From Candidatus Poribacteria bacterium (GTDB lineage: Bacteria > Poribacteria > WGA-4E > WGA-3G), in NCBI GenBank assembly GCA_964291315.2, contig OZ219753.1, forward strand, positions 1,248,001-1,312,000: a stretch of 64,000 bases of DNA, in the 5' to 3' direction. The notes under the pieces are model-generated. The model saw only the letters and a program-made list of their open reading frames with translations, made no database searches and was not told the origin of the DNA. The number at the start of each line of letters is the position of its first letter. The first letter of the stretch is position 1. The translations under genes and the position numbers were made by a program. Of this stretch, positions 1-8,522 are shown one piece after another.

Positions 1-1830
1 TGTTAGAGATGATGATTCCATGAACGGATAAGGTTCAGTAAACTTGCCAACACCCTCATTCCGAAACAGGAACATGCCGTTCTCGCCACCGACCCAGACA
101 TCAAGGAATCCGTCGTTGTCGTAATCTATGTTTTCTAATAGAACGGGCGGTAGACCTTGCACACCTGCTTCTGATCCCAATGCATCGACGAAACTTCCGT
201 CCCCGGTATTCTGGTAGAGGTGGATACGATCTGCTGTCGCTAAGAAGATATCAAAGTCTCCGTCGTTATCATAGTCGCCAGCAGCAGATGCGGTATACTG
301 AACATTTTGTGGAATCCCTGTTTCACTTGAAACAGCGCGGAGCCGCCCTTGTCGGAGATTATCGTAGAGCGTGCATCCGGTTTCGCGGTGGGTAACAAAG
401 ATGTCTATATCCCCATCGTCATCAAAATCAGCAGACAGTGCCTCTTGGCCTATGGGCGTGCTACCTGTATCGGTCAAAAAGGTCTGCTCTCCAACGTCAG
501 TGAATGTTCCATCTCCATTATTCCGATACATCGTCCTGCTAGATGTGAAGAGGTCTAGATCACCGTCATGGTCAAAATCGACCGGATGGAGTAGACCTGT
601 TTCTGCTCCTGATTGTTCATATTCAACGAGGGAAAACTGTTGCCAGTTCTCGGAGGCATCTGTTTGAAAAAGCAATATCTCTTTGCTGGTTTGAATTAGA
701 AAATCTTGTGTTCCATCTTTATCCAGATCTGCAACCGCCGTAGCGTATAGATTTGAAACATCTTGTTTTTCTCTCCTAAGCTGAAGAGCAGGGAGAAACT
801 GTCCGCTGTTATTCCGAAAGAGAGTTCCTGTAGGGGCTATGTATAGGTCGAGGTTTCCGTCCGCATCGTAGTCGATTAGTAAAACCTCAACAGCATCGGT
901 AGACGTGATTTCCACATTTGCAAGCCCAAGTCGTTCAGTCACATCCTCAAACTTCACCTCAATGGGTGGAATCTGTTCCGCGGTGATTCGAGCTTTAAAA
1001 GCTGGACTGAACGTCTCTATCGGATGTCCAAGGATGTCGGTTACTAATTCGCCGATGCCCTGCTGATAGCGTGCGCTTGCCCGATGCAGGTTCTCAAAGA
1101 TTCGGATGTTTCGTGAGGCGAGTTTTAGATCCTTTTGCTTTATCGCGTCGATGCCGTGTGTAAGGTATGCAAGTTTTTCTGGGTCAGTGTCTCCTAAAAT
1201 ATGCATTAATTCCCGACTGAAACCTTCTGCTTCCTTGAGTTGGCCTTGTGCCAACACTGCCTGTGCCAGCTTCAATAACACTACGATATTCACTGGCGAC
1301 CGGGCATGAAGTTCTTGGAGATGACGAGCCGCCTCTTGTTGTGCCTCTGAGTCGTTTCGCTGTCCGAGATAGTGGCGCGCCAACTTGTAGCGAAACTCTA
1401 ATTCATCAGGTGCCAATCGGACAGCCTCCTTCATCGCCTCAACCGCCAATTTACGATGTCCTTGTAGCTGGTAGACCTCGGATAGAATAAAGTGTAACCG
1501 GCTGTCCATTGGTGCCACAGTAATTCCGCGTTTAACCCATACTTCAGCCGTATCTGCTTGCTGGAGCCGCAGGTGCGCGACTGCAAGATTACCGTAACCA
1601 ATCGCCTCCTCGGGGAGTAGTTCCACGAGTTCTGTAAACGCCTCAACCGCTTTTGAGAGCTGTGATTCTTCAAGATACGCCAACCCCAGATTTTGATATC
1701 GGATTGCTTCTTCTATAATTTGGGGCGTATCCATTTCTTGTGCTGTCCCTGTCCATATACCCAAAAACCATATCAACAGCAATGCACACCACAAACGTTT
1801 TTCTGTACTACGGAACGCGAGTTTTGCCAT
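1..1830 (-). CDS. TPR + FG-GAP/VCBS repeat protein (CRTAC1/ASPIC-UnbV-like), 3' end outside window
   Basis: Not in the ORF track because it is truncated. Manual translation from ATG 1830 gives MAKLAFRSTEKRLWCALLLIWFLG (signal-like), TPR-like helices (NLGLAYLEESQLSKAVEAF; GNLAVAHL), then FG-GAP motifs IDYDADGNLDLY, ADLDKDGTQDF, VDFDHDGDLDLF, ADFDDDGDIDIF, GDYDNDGDFDIF, IDYDNDGFLDVW. Confidence 0.85.
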   Translation of the reverse strand, partial: MAKLAFRSTEKRLWCALLLIWFLGIWTGTAQEMDTPQIIEEAIRYQNLGLAYLEESQLSKAVEAFTELVELLPEEAIGYGNLAVAHLRLQQADTAEVWVKRGITVAPMDSRLHFILSEVYQLQGHRKLAVEAMKEAVRLAPDELEFRYKLARHYLGQRNDSEAQQEAARHLQELHARSPVNIVVLLKLAQAVLAQGQLKEAEGFSRELMHILGDTDPEKLAYLTHGIDAIKQKDLKLASRNIRIFENLHRASARYQQGIGELVTDILGHPIETFSPAFKARITAEQIPPIEVKFEDVTERLGLANVEITSTDAVEVLLIDYDADGNLDLYIAPTGTLFRNNSGQFLPALQLRREKQDVSNLYATAVADLDKDGTQDFLIQTSKEILLFQTDASENWQQFSLVEYEQSGAETGLLHPVDFDHDGDLDLFTSSRTMYRNNGDGTFTDVGEQTFLTDTGSTPIGQEALSADFDDDGDIDIFVTHRETGCTLYDNLRQGRLRAVSSETGIPQNVQYTASAAGDYDNDGDFDIFLATADRIHLYQNTGDGSFVDALGSEAGVQGLPPVLLENIDYDNDGFLDVWVGGENGMFLFRNEGVGKFTEPYPFMESSSLT

Positions 1831-2135
1831 CAGGCGTTCTCCTTCTGGATAGTGTCTGCAGCTTCCCGAACCGCTTGGCGCATGCTATTTAATCGGAGTT
1901 TAAGGGAATCCTCAAGCTGTTTGAGGTGAAGCAACCAAGACTGCTGAGAATCACTGCCCTCCGTACCGAATCCGTCGGTTAGTGAGAGTCTAATATATTT
2001 CAACCGTTCTGTCTGTAGCACTTTCATCTGAGCATCGTAGTCCTCAATTCCAGATTCCAATAGGGAGCTGATCTCACGAATTTTTTCCAACGTTTGTCTC
2101 CTTTTTAATGCGTTGTTTTTATGATTTACTGACAT
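1830..2135 (-). CDS. Hypothetical helical/coiled-coil protein (101 aa)
   Basis: ATG start; its stop overlaps the next start (TGATG), suggesting translational coupling. Confidence 0.7.
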   Translation of the reverse strand: MSVNHKNNALKRRQTLEKIREISSLLESGIEDYDAQMKVLQTERLKYIRLSLTDGFGTEGSDSQQSWLLHLKQLEDSLKLRLNSMRQAVREAADTIQKENA

Positions 2136-2487
2136 TTCTCAGAGTAGTGTTTCCGCTAAGCCAGGTGCTGGGCTGAGCCGGTGTAGTGTTCTGAAAATGC
2201 GATCTATTTAGAAAAGTTCTTGATTTTTAGGCATGAGATGGCATTCTAAACGGAGTTATACTTCTCAGGAGGTCCTCTCATGTGAGGACATGTTATCAGA
2301 TCCGCAAAGTTCTTTCAATCGGTTTTGTATTGGTAGGCAAGCAACAGACTCATGGAGACGTTGCTCTCTCTGCAGTTTACTCACATCCTCATCCACGGGA
2401 AAAGCAGCTGCGTCTTTTCATCAACAAAACAGAAGACAACACCTATAAGCATTCACTTAAACAACGATTTGAGAAATATTAGCGCTA

Positions 2488-2516
2488 TTGACTTTTTCTG
2501 CCTAATGTGGTATCCT
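2488..2516 (+). promoter_or_regulatory. Sigma70-type promoter of first metallopeptidase paralog
   Basis: TTGACT-17 bp-TATCCT with TGn extended -10. Confidence 0.6.
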
Positions 2517-2606
2517 TAATATCACTTGCTGTTTGAATCTATTTATAGGAAAAGTTCTTGGCTATTCAGCCATCGTCTAGAATAAAAAAAACAAGGAAAA
2601 AAGAGA

Positions 2607-5306
2607 ATGCTAAAAATGTTCAAGTTTGCTTCCATTTTAACGATTCTGATTGTAGGCGGAATTTGCAGCCCCTACGCTCACAGTGCCTCCTTTAGATACC
2701 ATTGGGAAATAGACGAGACCCCCGAAGGGAGCGAAAGTGCAACCGTAATTGAACCTATAGAGGTGACGTTGCGAGATGAACCGGTGCAGGTCGCCTCTCA
2801 TAGCGCGTCCCTTGCACTCATGCAGAAATATTCCGTGCACTTGGGCCCTGAATGGAGTGCAGGGCGTGCCTACAAGCTCCTGCAGACCTTTGAGGCTGTG
2901 CCCCAAGAAAAAAATGATTTTTATGGAGCAAGTCAAGCAGTGTCTCCCTCTGTTTGGCGATTAAGCAGTCGCCACATACAGAATGATATTAAGGTTGAAT
3001 ATCAGAACGGACAACGCGTCGTTACTCTCCATCAGGCGGTGTTTAGGTATGCCCAACCGTTGTTAGCAGAAATTGAAGGCGTGCGCGGCACATACTTCTC
3101 TAAGCGACTCCACCGCGCTGTGGTCAGGTTCGTCACCGATAATGGTGCCGATAGATACGCGCTCAACCGCATTTTGGAGGATCGGTACGCCGTTAGCATA
3201 GACGTTCCAGATTACAGTGAACTCACGCGGCACACAACGGGCGAACATGCGGGTCGTTTTTCTGAATTCAAAAATAGAGAATTGCTCTTGCTGATCTCAA
3301 TGCTTGAGGAATTTCCGCAAGGCATGATTAAAACGCCGGGGCTCAACTACCTGGTTCGGCGTTTAGATGGAACCCCGCACCCGTTTTACCCTAGTGCGCC
3401 AGCAGTCGCATGGCCAAATGAAGGCTATATAGAGTTTATGGAATCTGCTTTTAAGAAGCAAGGTGCCGATTATATTCATCGTCTGATCCTGCATGAAAAG
3501 GCACACTTCCTATGGGAGCACCTTTTTGACGAACAGCTCAGACAGGATTGGATTGAACTCGGCGGGTGGTTTGAAAATCCGCGCGATCCCGACGGTTGGT
3601 CAACAACGAAGCAGGTTGAGTTTGTTTCTGCTTACGCCCACGGAAAAAATCCGAATGAGGATATGGCAGAGAGCATCAGTTATTACATCGTCAATCCTGA
3701 CAAACTGCGCTCCCGTTCTCCTGCGAAGTATGAGTTCATTCAGAACCGGGTTATGCACGGCACACGGTATATCTCAAAGATTCGTGAAGATTTGACGTTT
3801 GAGGTCTATAACCTCTATCCAGATTATGTGTATCCGGGCCGGATTACACGAGTTGCCATACAGGTTGAAGGTGAGCCTGAGGAAGATAAACGGATAACGG
3901 TAGAAATTGAACTTCACGGAGAAAGCGCCTTAGACGCTGCCCAAACCGCATATATTAGAGTCTTTAGCGAAAAGGGCACCTATTTCGATCTTGCATGGAT
4001 GCAACCGGTTGGGGATGATGGCAGGAACATTGCTTCCGGCCATATTCTGCGCGGGCAAGTAAAGCTATCAAAATATGCAGCAAACGGTTATTGGGCTCCT
4101 GACCAAATCCGAATCTGGGATGCCCAACGGAATGAGAGACTCACGGCACAGACCGATTTCGGCTGGAAACTCCATATCGACAATCCACTTGCAGATTGCG
4201 AACCGCCACAATACGTCAAAAACTCAATGCGTCTCTCTTTATCAGAAGCAACCACTGAGAATGGAGAAGCTTATCAAATTGTTACCGCCCGCTGGAAACT
4301 TTTCGATAAGAACGATATAAAAAATGTCTATGCCGAAATGAACGATAGCCATCGTGAAACATATTCCCGGCGCGAGAATTACGGAGAATATAATCCAGAA
4401 ACCGGCGAAGCCAGTGTTGGACTTATCGTTCCGAATTACCTCCAGAGCGGCAGTTATGCCCTTAACTATATTTCGATGGAGGATGTCGCTTTAAATGTTC
4501 AAGGGGTACACTTCACCGATCCAGGGCACACCTTAAGGGACGAAGAAAGCATCACCGACGAGCTACCTGCTGCAATTGATATCGTAACAACCAATCCGGA
4601 TAGTGTCCCGCCTGTCCTTGATTTAAGCAGGATCACAATTCAGGCAGAACCAACACGCCCGGAGGCACCTAACGGCGAAACTCGGGTTGACATTACTTTT
4701 CGCGTTAAGGATAATATCAGCGGATATCGCTCAACGGATATGCTTTTGCGTGATCCTCAGGGCGTAACACACTTCTTTAGACATTACGATGAAGATTTTC
4801 ACGCCATCTACTTTTCAAGGGATCCAACCCGCTATCAAGTCTATCAGAAAACAATTACTTTGCCTGTTGGCAGTGCTCCCGGTATCTGGGGTTTGGCTGA
4901 AATGACCGTATGGGATAAGGCACAAAATGTGCTTCGGGCGGATTTTACTGAAATTGTCCGATTTGAGGTAGACGGTGTAGCCACTGCAGCCCCTATCATT
5001 GCCTCACTTCCTGACGACACGCGGCTGCTCTCAAACTACCCCAACCCGTTCAATCCGGAGACGTGGATACCGTATCAACTCGTCAACAGCAGCGATGTCG
5101 AGATTACCATTTACGATACTAAGGGGCATCTGATTCGCACATTGGCACTTGGGCATCAGGAGGCAGGTTATTATACGAACAGACATCGTGCGGCGTATTG
5201 GAACGGTCTCAACAGTTTAGGAGAGCAGGTTGCCAGCGGGGTCTACTTCTATCAACTGCAGACGGATGCGGCTTCCGAGATGCGCAAAATGGTTATCTTA
5301 AAGTAG
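2607..5306 (+). CDS. Secreted zincin-like (HExxH) metallopeptidase with Ig-like repeats and C-terminal FlgD-Ig/T9SS-CTD-like domain, paralog 1
   Basis: Signal peptide (..PYAHSA); HEKAH and downstream NPNEDMAES; C-terminal LLSNYPNPFNPETWIPYQL..GVYFYQL..RKMVILK. Confidence 0.8.
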   Translation: MLKMFKFASILTILIVGGICSPYAHSASFRYHWEIDETPEGSESATVIEPIEVTLRDEPVQVASHSASLALMQKYSVHLGPEWSAGRAYKLLQTFEAVPQEKNDFYGASQAVSPSVWRLSSRHIQNDIKVEYQNGQRVVTLHQAVFRYAQPLLAEIEGVRGTYFSKRLHRAVVRFVTDNGADRYALNRILEDRYAVSIDVPDYSELTRHTTGEHAGRFSEFKNRELLLLISMLEEFPQGMIKTPGLNYLVRRLDGTPHPFYPSAPAVAWPNEGYIEFMESAFKKQGADYIHRLILHEKAHFLWEHLFDEQLRQDWIELGGWFENPRDPDGWSTTKQVEFVSAYAHGKNPNEDMAESISYYIVNPDKLRSRSPAKYEFIQNRVMHGTRYISKIREDLTFEVYNLYPDYVYPGRITRVAIQVEGEPEEDKRITVEIELHGESALDAAQTAYIRVFSEKGTYFDLAWMQPVGDDGRNIASGHILRGQVKLSKYAANGYWAPDQIRIWDAQRNERLTAQTDFGWKLHIDNPLADCEPPQYVKNSMRLSLSEATTENGEAYQIVTARWKLFDKNDIKNVYAEMNDSHRETYSRRENYGEYNPETGEASVGLIVPNYLQSGSYALNYISMEDVALNVQGVHFTDPGHTLRDEESITDELPAAIDIVTTNPDSVPPVLDLSRITIQAEPTRPEAPNGETRVDITFRVKDNISGYRSTDMLLRDPQGVTHFFRHYDEDFHAIYFSRDPTRYQVYQKTITLPVGSAPGIWGLAEMTVWDKAQNVLRADFTEIVRFEVDGVATAAPIIASLPDDTRLLSNYPNPFNPETWIPYQLVNSSDVEITIYDTKGHLIRTLALGHQEAGYYTNRHRAAYWNGLNSLGEQVASGVYFYQLQTDAASEMRKMVILK

Positions 5307-5329
5307 CCTGTGCTTTTTTCTAAGGCGCT

Positions 5330-5355
5330 GCAGGCTTAATTGCCCTACATCCAAA
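5330..5355 (+). repeat. 26-bp tail duplicated after both paralogs (second copy 8412-8437)
   Basis: GCAGGCTTAATTGCCCTACATCCAAA vs GCAGGCTTAATTGCCTTACATCCAAA (25/26 identical). Confidence 0.85.
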
Positions 5356-5608
5356 GCAGAACCAAGAACTAAATCACCGTGAAAAAACGCTTACACTTGT
5401 AGACGCTCTCTACCCGGGGTCAGTACTAGTGGAGAGGGTAGACGCGACAATCGCTTTATTTGCGCGGTTTCGTGTGAATAGAGATATTTTTGACATCTTA
5501 AAAACCGGACAGATGCAAACCAGCATCCTTCGATAAAGCAAAACTCTCGTGAAAATATAACAGAGAAACATAAAACTAAAGGGGCTTGCGGGAACGGAGA
5601 TAAAACGA

Positions 5609-5636
5609 TTGACTTTTTTACCTAATGTGGTATCCT
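5609..5636 (+). promoter_or_regulatory. Duplicated sigma70-type promoter of second paralog
   Basis: TTGACT-16 bp-TATCCT; shares CCTAATGTGGTATCCTTAAT with the copy at 2501-2520. Confidence 0.55.
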
Positions 5637-5724
5637 TAATGCCAATTGCTGTTTGAATTTGTTCACAGGAAAGGCTTTGGCTATTCAGCCATCGCCTACG
5701 ATAAACAAAATAAGGGAAAAAGAA

Positions 5725-8397
5725 ATGCTGAAAACTTTCAAATTCGCTTCCATTTTAACGATTCTGATTGTAGGCGGAATTTGCAGCCCCTACGCTCACA
5801 GTGCTACCTTTAGATACCATTGGGAAATAGACGAGACCCCGGAAGGGAGCGAAAGTGCAACCGTAAATGAACCGGTAGAGGTGACGTTGCTAGATCAACC
5901 GGTGCAGGTTGCGTCTCATAGTGCGTCCCTTTCATTAATGCGAAGATACAAAGTGCACTTGGGCCCTGAATGGAGCCCAGGGCGCGCCTACAAGCTCTTG
6001 AAGACCTTTGACTCTATTGGATGGGGAATGGGAAATATTCACGGAGGAATTCCCTCTGTGTGGCGATTGAGCGATCGCCACATACAGAACGATATTGAGG
6101 TTGAATATCAGAACGGCCAACGAGTCGTCACTCTCCATCAGGCAGTGTTTAGGTATGCCGAACCGTTGTTGGCAGAGATTGAAGGCGTGCGCGGCAGATA
6201 TTTCTCTAAGCGACTCCACCGTGCTGTCGTCAGGTTCGTCACCGATAATGGTGCCGATAGATACAAGCTCAACCGCATTTTGGAGGATCGGTACGCCGTT
6301 AGCATAAACGTTCCAGATTACGAGGAACTCACGCGGCACACAACGGGCGAAGACGCTGGACATTTTTCTGAATTCAAAAACGAAGAACTCCTCGCTCTGA
6401 TTTCAATGTTCGAGGAATTTCCACAAGGCATGCACAAAGTCCCTGGTTTAAAATATATCGTTAGACGTTCGGACGGGCTTCCTCATCCAATTCCTTCCGC
6501 GGCAGCAGTTGCATGGACAGGGGCAGGTTATATTGAGTTCACGGAAGCTGCTTTTAGGGAAAATGGGTTAGAAGCAATTCACCGTTTGATTTTACACGAA
6601 AAGGCACATTTTTTGTGGGAATATCTTTTTGACGAACAGCTGAAACAGGATTGGATTGAACTCGGCGGGTGGTTTAAAAACCCGCGCGATCCCGACGGTT
6701 GGTCAACAACGAAGCAGGTTGAGTTTGTTTCTGCTTACGCACACGGGGTAAATCCGAATGAAGATATGGCAGAGAGCATCAGTTATTACATCGTCAATCC
6801 TGACAAACTTCGATCTCGTTCTCCTGCGAAGTATGAATTCATTCAGAACCGGGTTATGCACGGCACGCGATATATCTCAAAGATTCGTGAAGACTTGACG
6901 TTTGAGGTGTACAACCTCTATCCAGATTATGTGTATCCGGGCCGGATTATACGGGTTGACATACAGGTTGAAGGTGAGCCTGAGGAAGATAAACGGATAA
7001 CGGTAGAAATTGAACTTCACGGAGAAAGCGACTTGGACGCTGCAAAATCCGCAAGTACTACAATCTATAATGTTGATAAGCGGAGCCCCAATAATGGCTA
7101 TATTTCGATGAGCCCCGTTGAAGCCGATGGCATGCGGATCGATTCGGGCCATATTCTGCGCGGGAGCACAACGTTATCAAAACATGCACCTCACGGTTAC
7201 TGGCACACTGACCAAATCAACATCCGGGACGCTCACGGGAATAGAAGATTCGCGTCACAGACCGATTTCGGCTGGAAACTCTATATCGACAGTCCCCTTG
7301 CATATGACGATGATGAACCGCCAGAATACGTCAAAGACTCAATGCGTCTCTCTTTATCAGAAGCAAGCACGGAAGAAGGACGAGCCTACCAAATTCTGAC
7401 AGCGCGATGGCAGTTTGTTGAGAAAACTGGGATGAGATCGGTTTCGGCAAGGATTGTACATGATCAAAGTATAGAATTTTACTCCAACTTAAGAGGGGGT
7501 GCATATTTCGAAACAAGGAGTGGAAATTTCCAAGAAAGAGATGGGCTCTGGGAAGTAAGTGTCCGAATTTCTGTGCCTGACTATGTGCCAAGTGGCACCT
7601 ACAATATTGTGATCGGGATGACGGATTTAGCAAAAAACGCTGATTGGATCGTGTTGCCTGACTCTATTGAGATTCAAACAGCAAATCTCGATGTTATACC
7701 TCCTGAACTGGATTTAAATAGGATTACAATTCAGGCAGAACCAACACATCCAGAGGCACCCAACGGCGAAACGCGGGTTGACATTACCTTTAGAGTCAAA
7801 GATAATATCAGCGGATATGATAGGGCACTCATATCTTTACGCGATCCTCAGGGTTTTGGATACCCCTTTCATCACCTCGATGAGGAATATGGCGAAATGT
7901 ACTTTTCAAGGGATCCAACCCGCTATCAAGTCTGTCATCGCACCATTATTTTGCCTGTCGGCAGTGCTCCCGGCACTTGGGGACTTGGTAGCATGAATGT
8001 ATGGGATAAGGCAGGCAACAAACTTTATGCAGACTTCACCGAAATTGTCCGATTTGAGGTAGACGGTGTAGCCACAGCCGCACCTATCATCGCCTCACTT
8101 CCTGACAACACGCGGCTGCTCGCAAACTACCCCAACCCGTTCAATCCGGAGACGTGGATACCGTATCAACTCGTCAGCAGCAGCGATGTCGAGATTACCA
8201 TTTACGATACCAAGGGGCATCTGATTCGCACATTGGCACTTGGGCATCAGGAGGCAGGTTATTATACGAACAGACATCGTGCGGCGTATTGGAATGGTCT
8301 CAACAGTTTAGGAGAGCAGGTTGCCAGCGGGGTCTACTTCTATCAACTGCGGACAGATGCGGCTTCCCAGATGCGAAAAATGGTTATCTTGAAGTAG
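5725..8397 (+). CDS. Secreted zincin-like (HExxH) metallopeptidase with FlgD-Ig-like tail, paralog 2
   Basis: Start set at ATG 5725 (MLKTFKFAS) by homology to paralog 1; HEKAH, NPNEDMAES and a near-identical C-terminal domain. Confidence 0.8.
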   Translation: MLKTFKFASILTILIVGGICSPYAHSATFRYHWEIDETPEGSESATVNEPVEVTLLDQPVQVASHSASLSLMRRYKVHLGPEWSPGRAYKLLKTFDSIGWGMGNIHGGIPSVWRLSDRHIQNDIEVEYQNGQRVVTLHQAVFRYAEPLLAEIEGVRGRYFSKRLHRAVVRFVTDNGADRYKLNRILEDRYAVSINVPDYEELTRHTTGEDAGHFSEFKNEELLALISMFEEFPQGMHKVPGLKYIVRRSDGLPHPIPSAAAVAWTGAGYIEFTEAAFRENGLEAIHRLILHEKAHFLWEYLFDEQLKQDWIELGGWFKNPRDPDGWSTTKQVEFVSAYAHGVNPNEDMAESISYYIVNPDKLRSRSPAKYEFIQNRVMHGTRYISKIREDLTFEVYNLYPDYVYPGRIIRVDIQVEGEPEEDKRITVEIELHGESDLDAAKSASTTIYNVDKRSPNNGYISMSPVEADGMRIDSGHILRGSTTLSKHAPHGYWHTDQINIRDAHGNRRFASQTDFGWKLYIDSPLAYDDDEPPEYVKDSMRLSLSEASTEEGRAYQILTARWQFVEKTGMRSVSARIVHDQSIEFYSNLRGGAYFETRSGNFQERDGLWEVSVRISVPDYVPSGTYNIVIGMTDLAKNADWIVLPDSIEIQTANLDVIPPELDLNRITIQAEPTHPEAPNGETRVDITFRVKDNISGYDRALISLRDPQGFGYPFHHLDEEYGEMYFSRDPTRYQVCHRTIILPVGSAPGTWGLGSMNVWDKAGNKLYADFTEIVRFEVDGVATAAPIIASLPDNTRLLANYPNPFNPETWIPYQLVSSSDVEITIYDTKGHLIRTLALGHQEAGYYTNRHRAAYWNGLNSLGEQVASGVYFYQLRTDAASQMRKMVILK

Positions 8398-8480
8398 AGT
8401 GCTAATGCCCCGCAGGCTTAATTGCCTTACATCCAAAAAGGAGCTGTGAGCTAAACCGCCCCGGCAAAGCAACAGAGTGT

Positions 8481-8509
8481 TTGACTCTTTTCATAAAATG
8501 TAGTATACT
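8481..8509 (+). promoter_or_regulatory. Sigma70-type promoter upstream of the desaturase unit
   Basis: TTGACT-17 bp-TATACT. Confidence 0.55.
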
Positions 8510-8522
8510 TAATTTGAATTTG

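Noticed and set aside
2282-2482. 66-aa ORF behind an AGGAGG motif
   Set aside because: The nearest ATG is followed immediately by TGA; the GTG frame has no recognisable features.
5397-5450. Imperfect hairpin between the two paralogs as a possible ncRNA
   Set aside because: Single copy with imperfect pairing; adequately explained as a terminator or REP-like remnant.
2607-8397. Diversity-generating retroelement explanation for the paralog pair
   Set aside because: No reverse transcriptase gene; differences are block-wise with indels, not adenine-specific.
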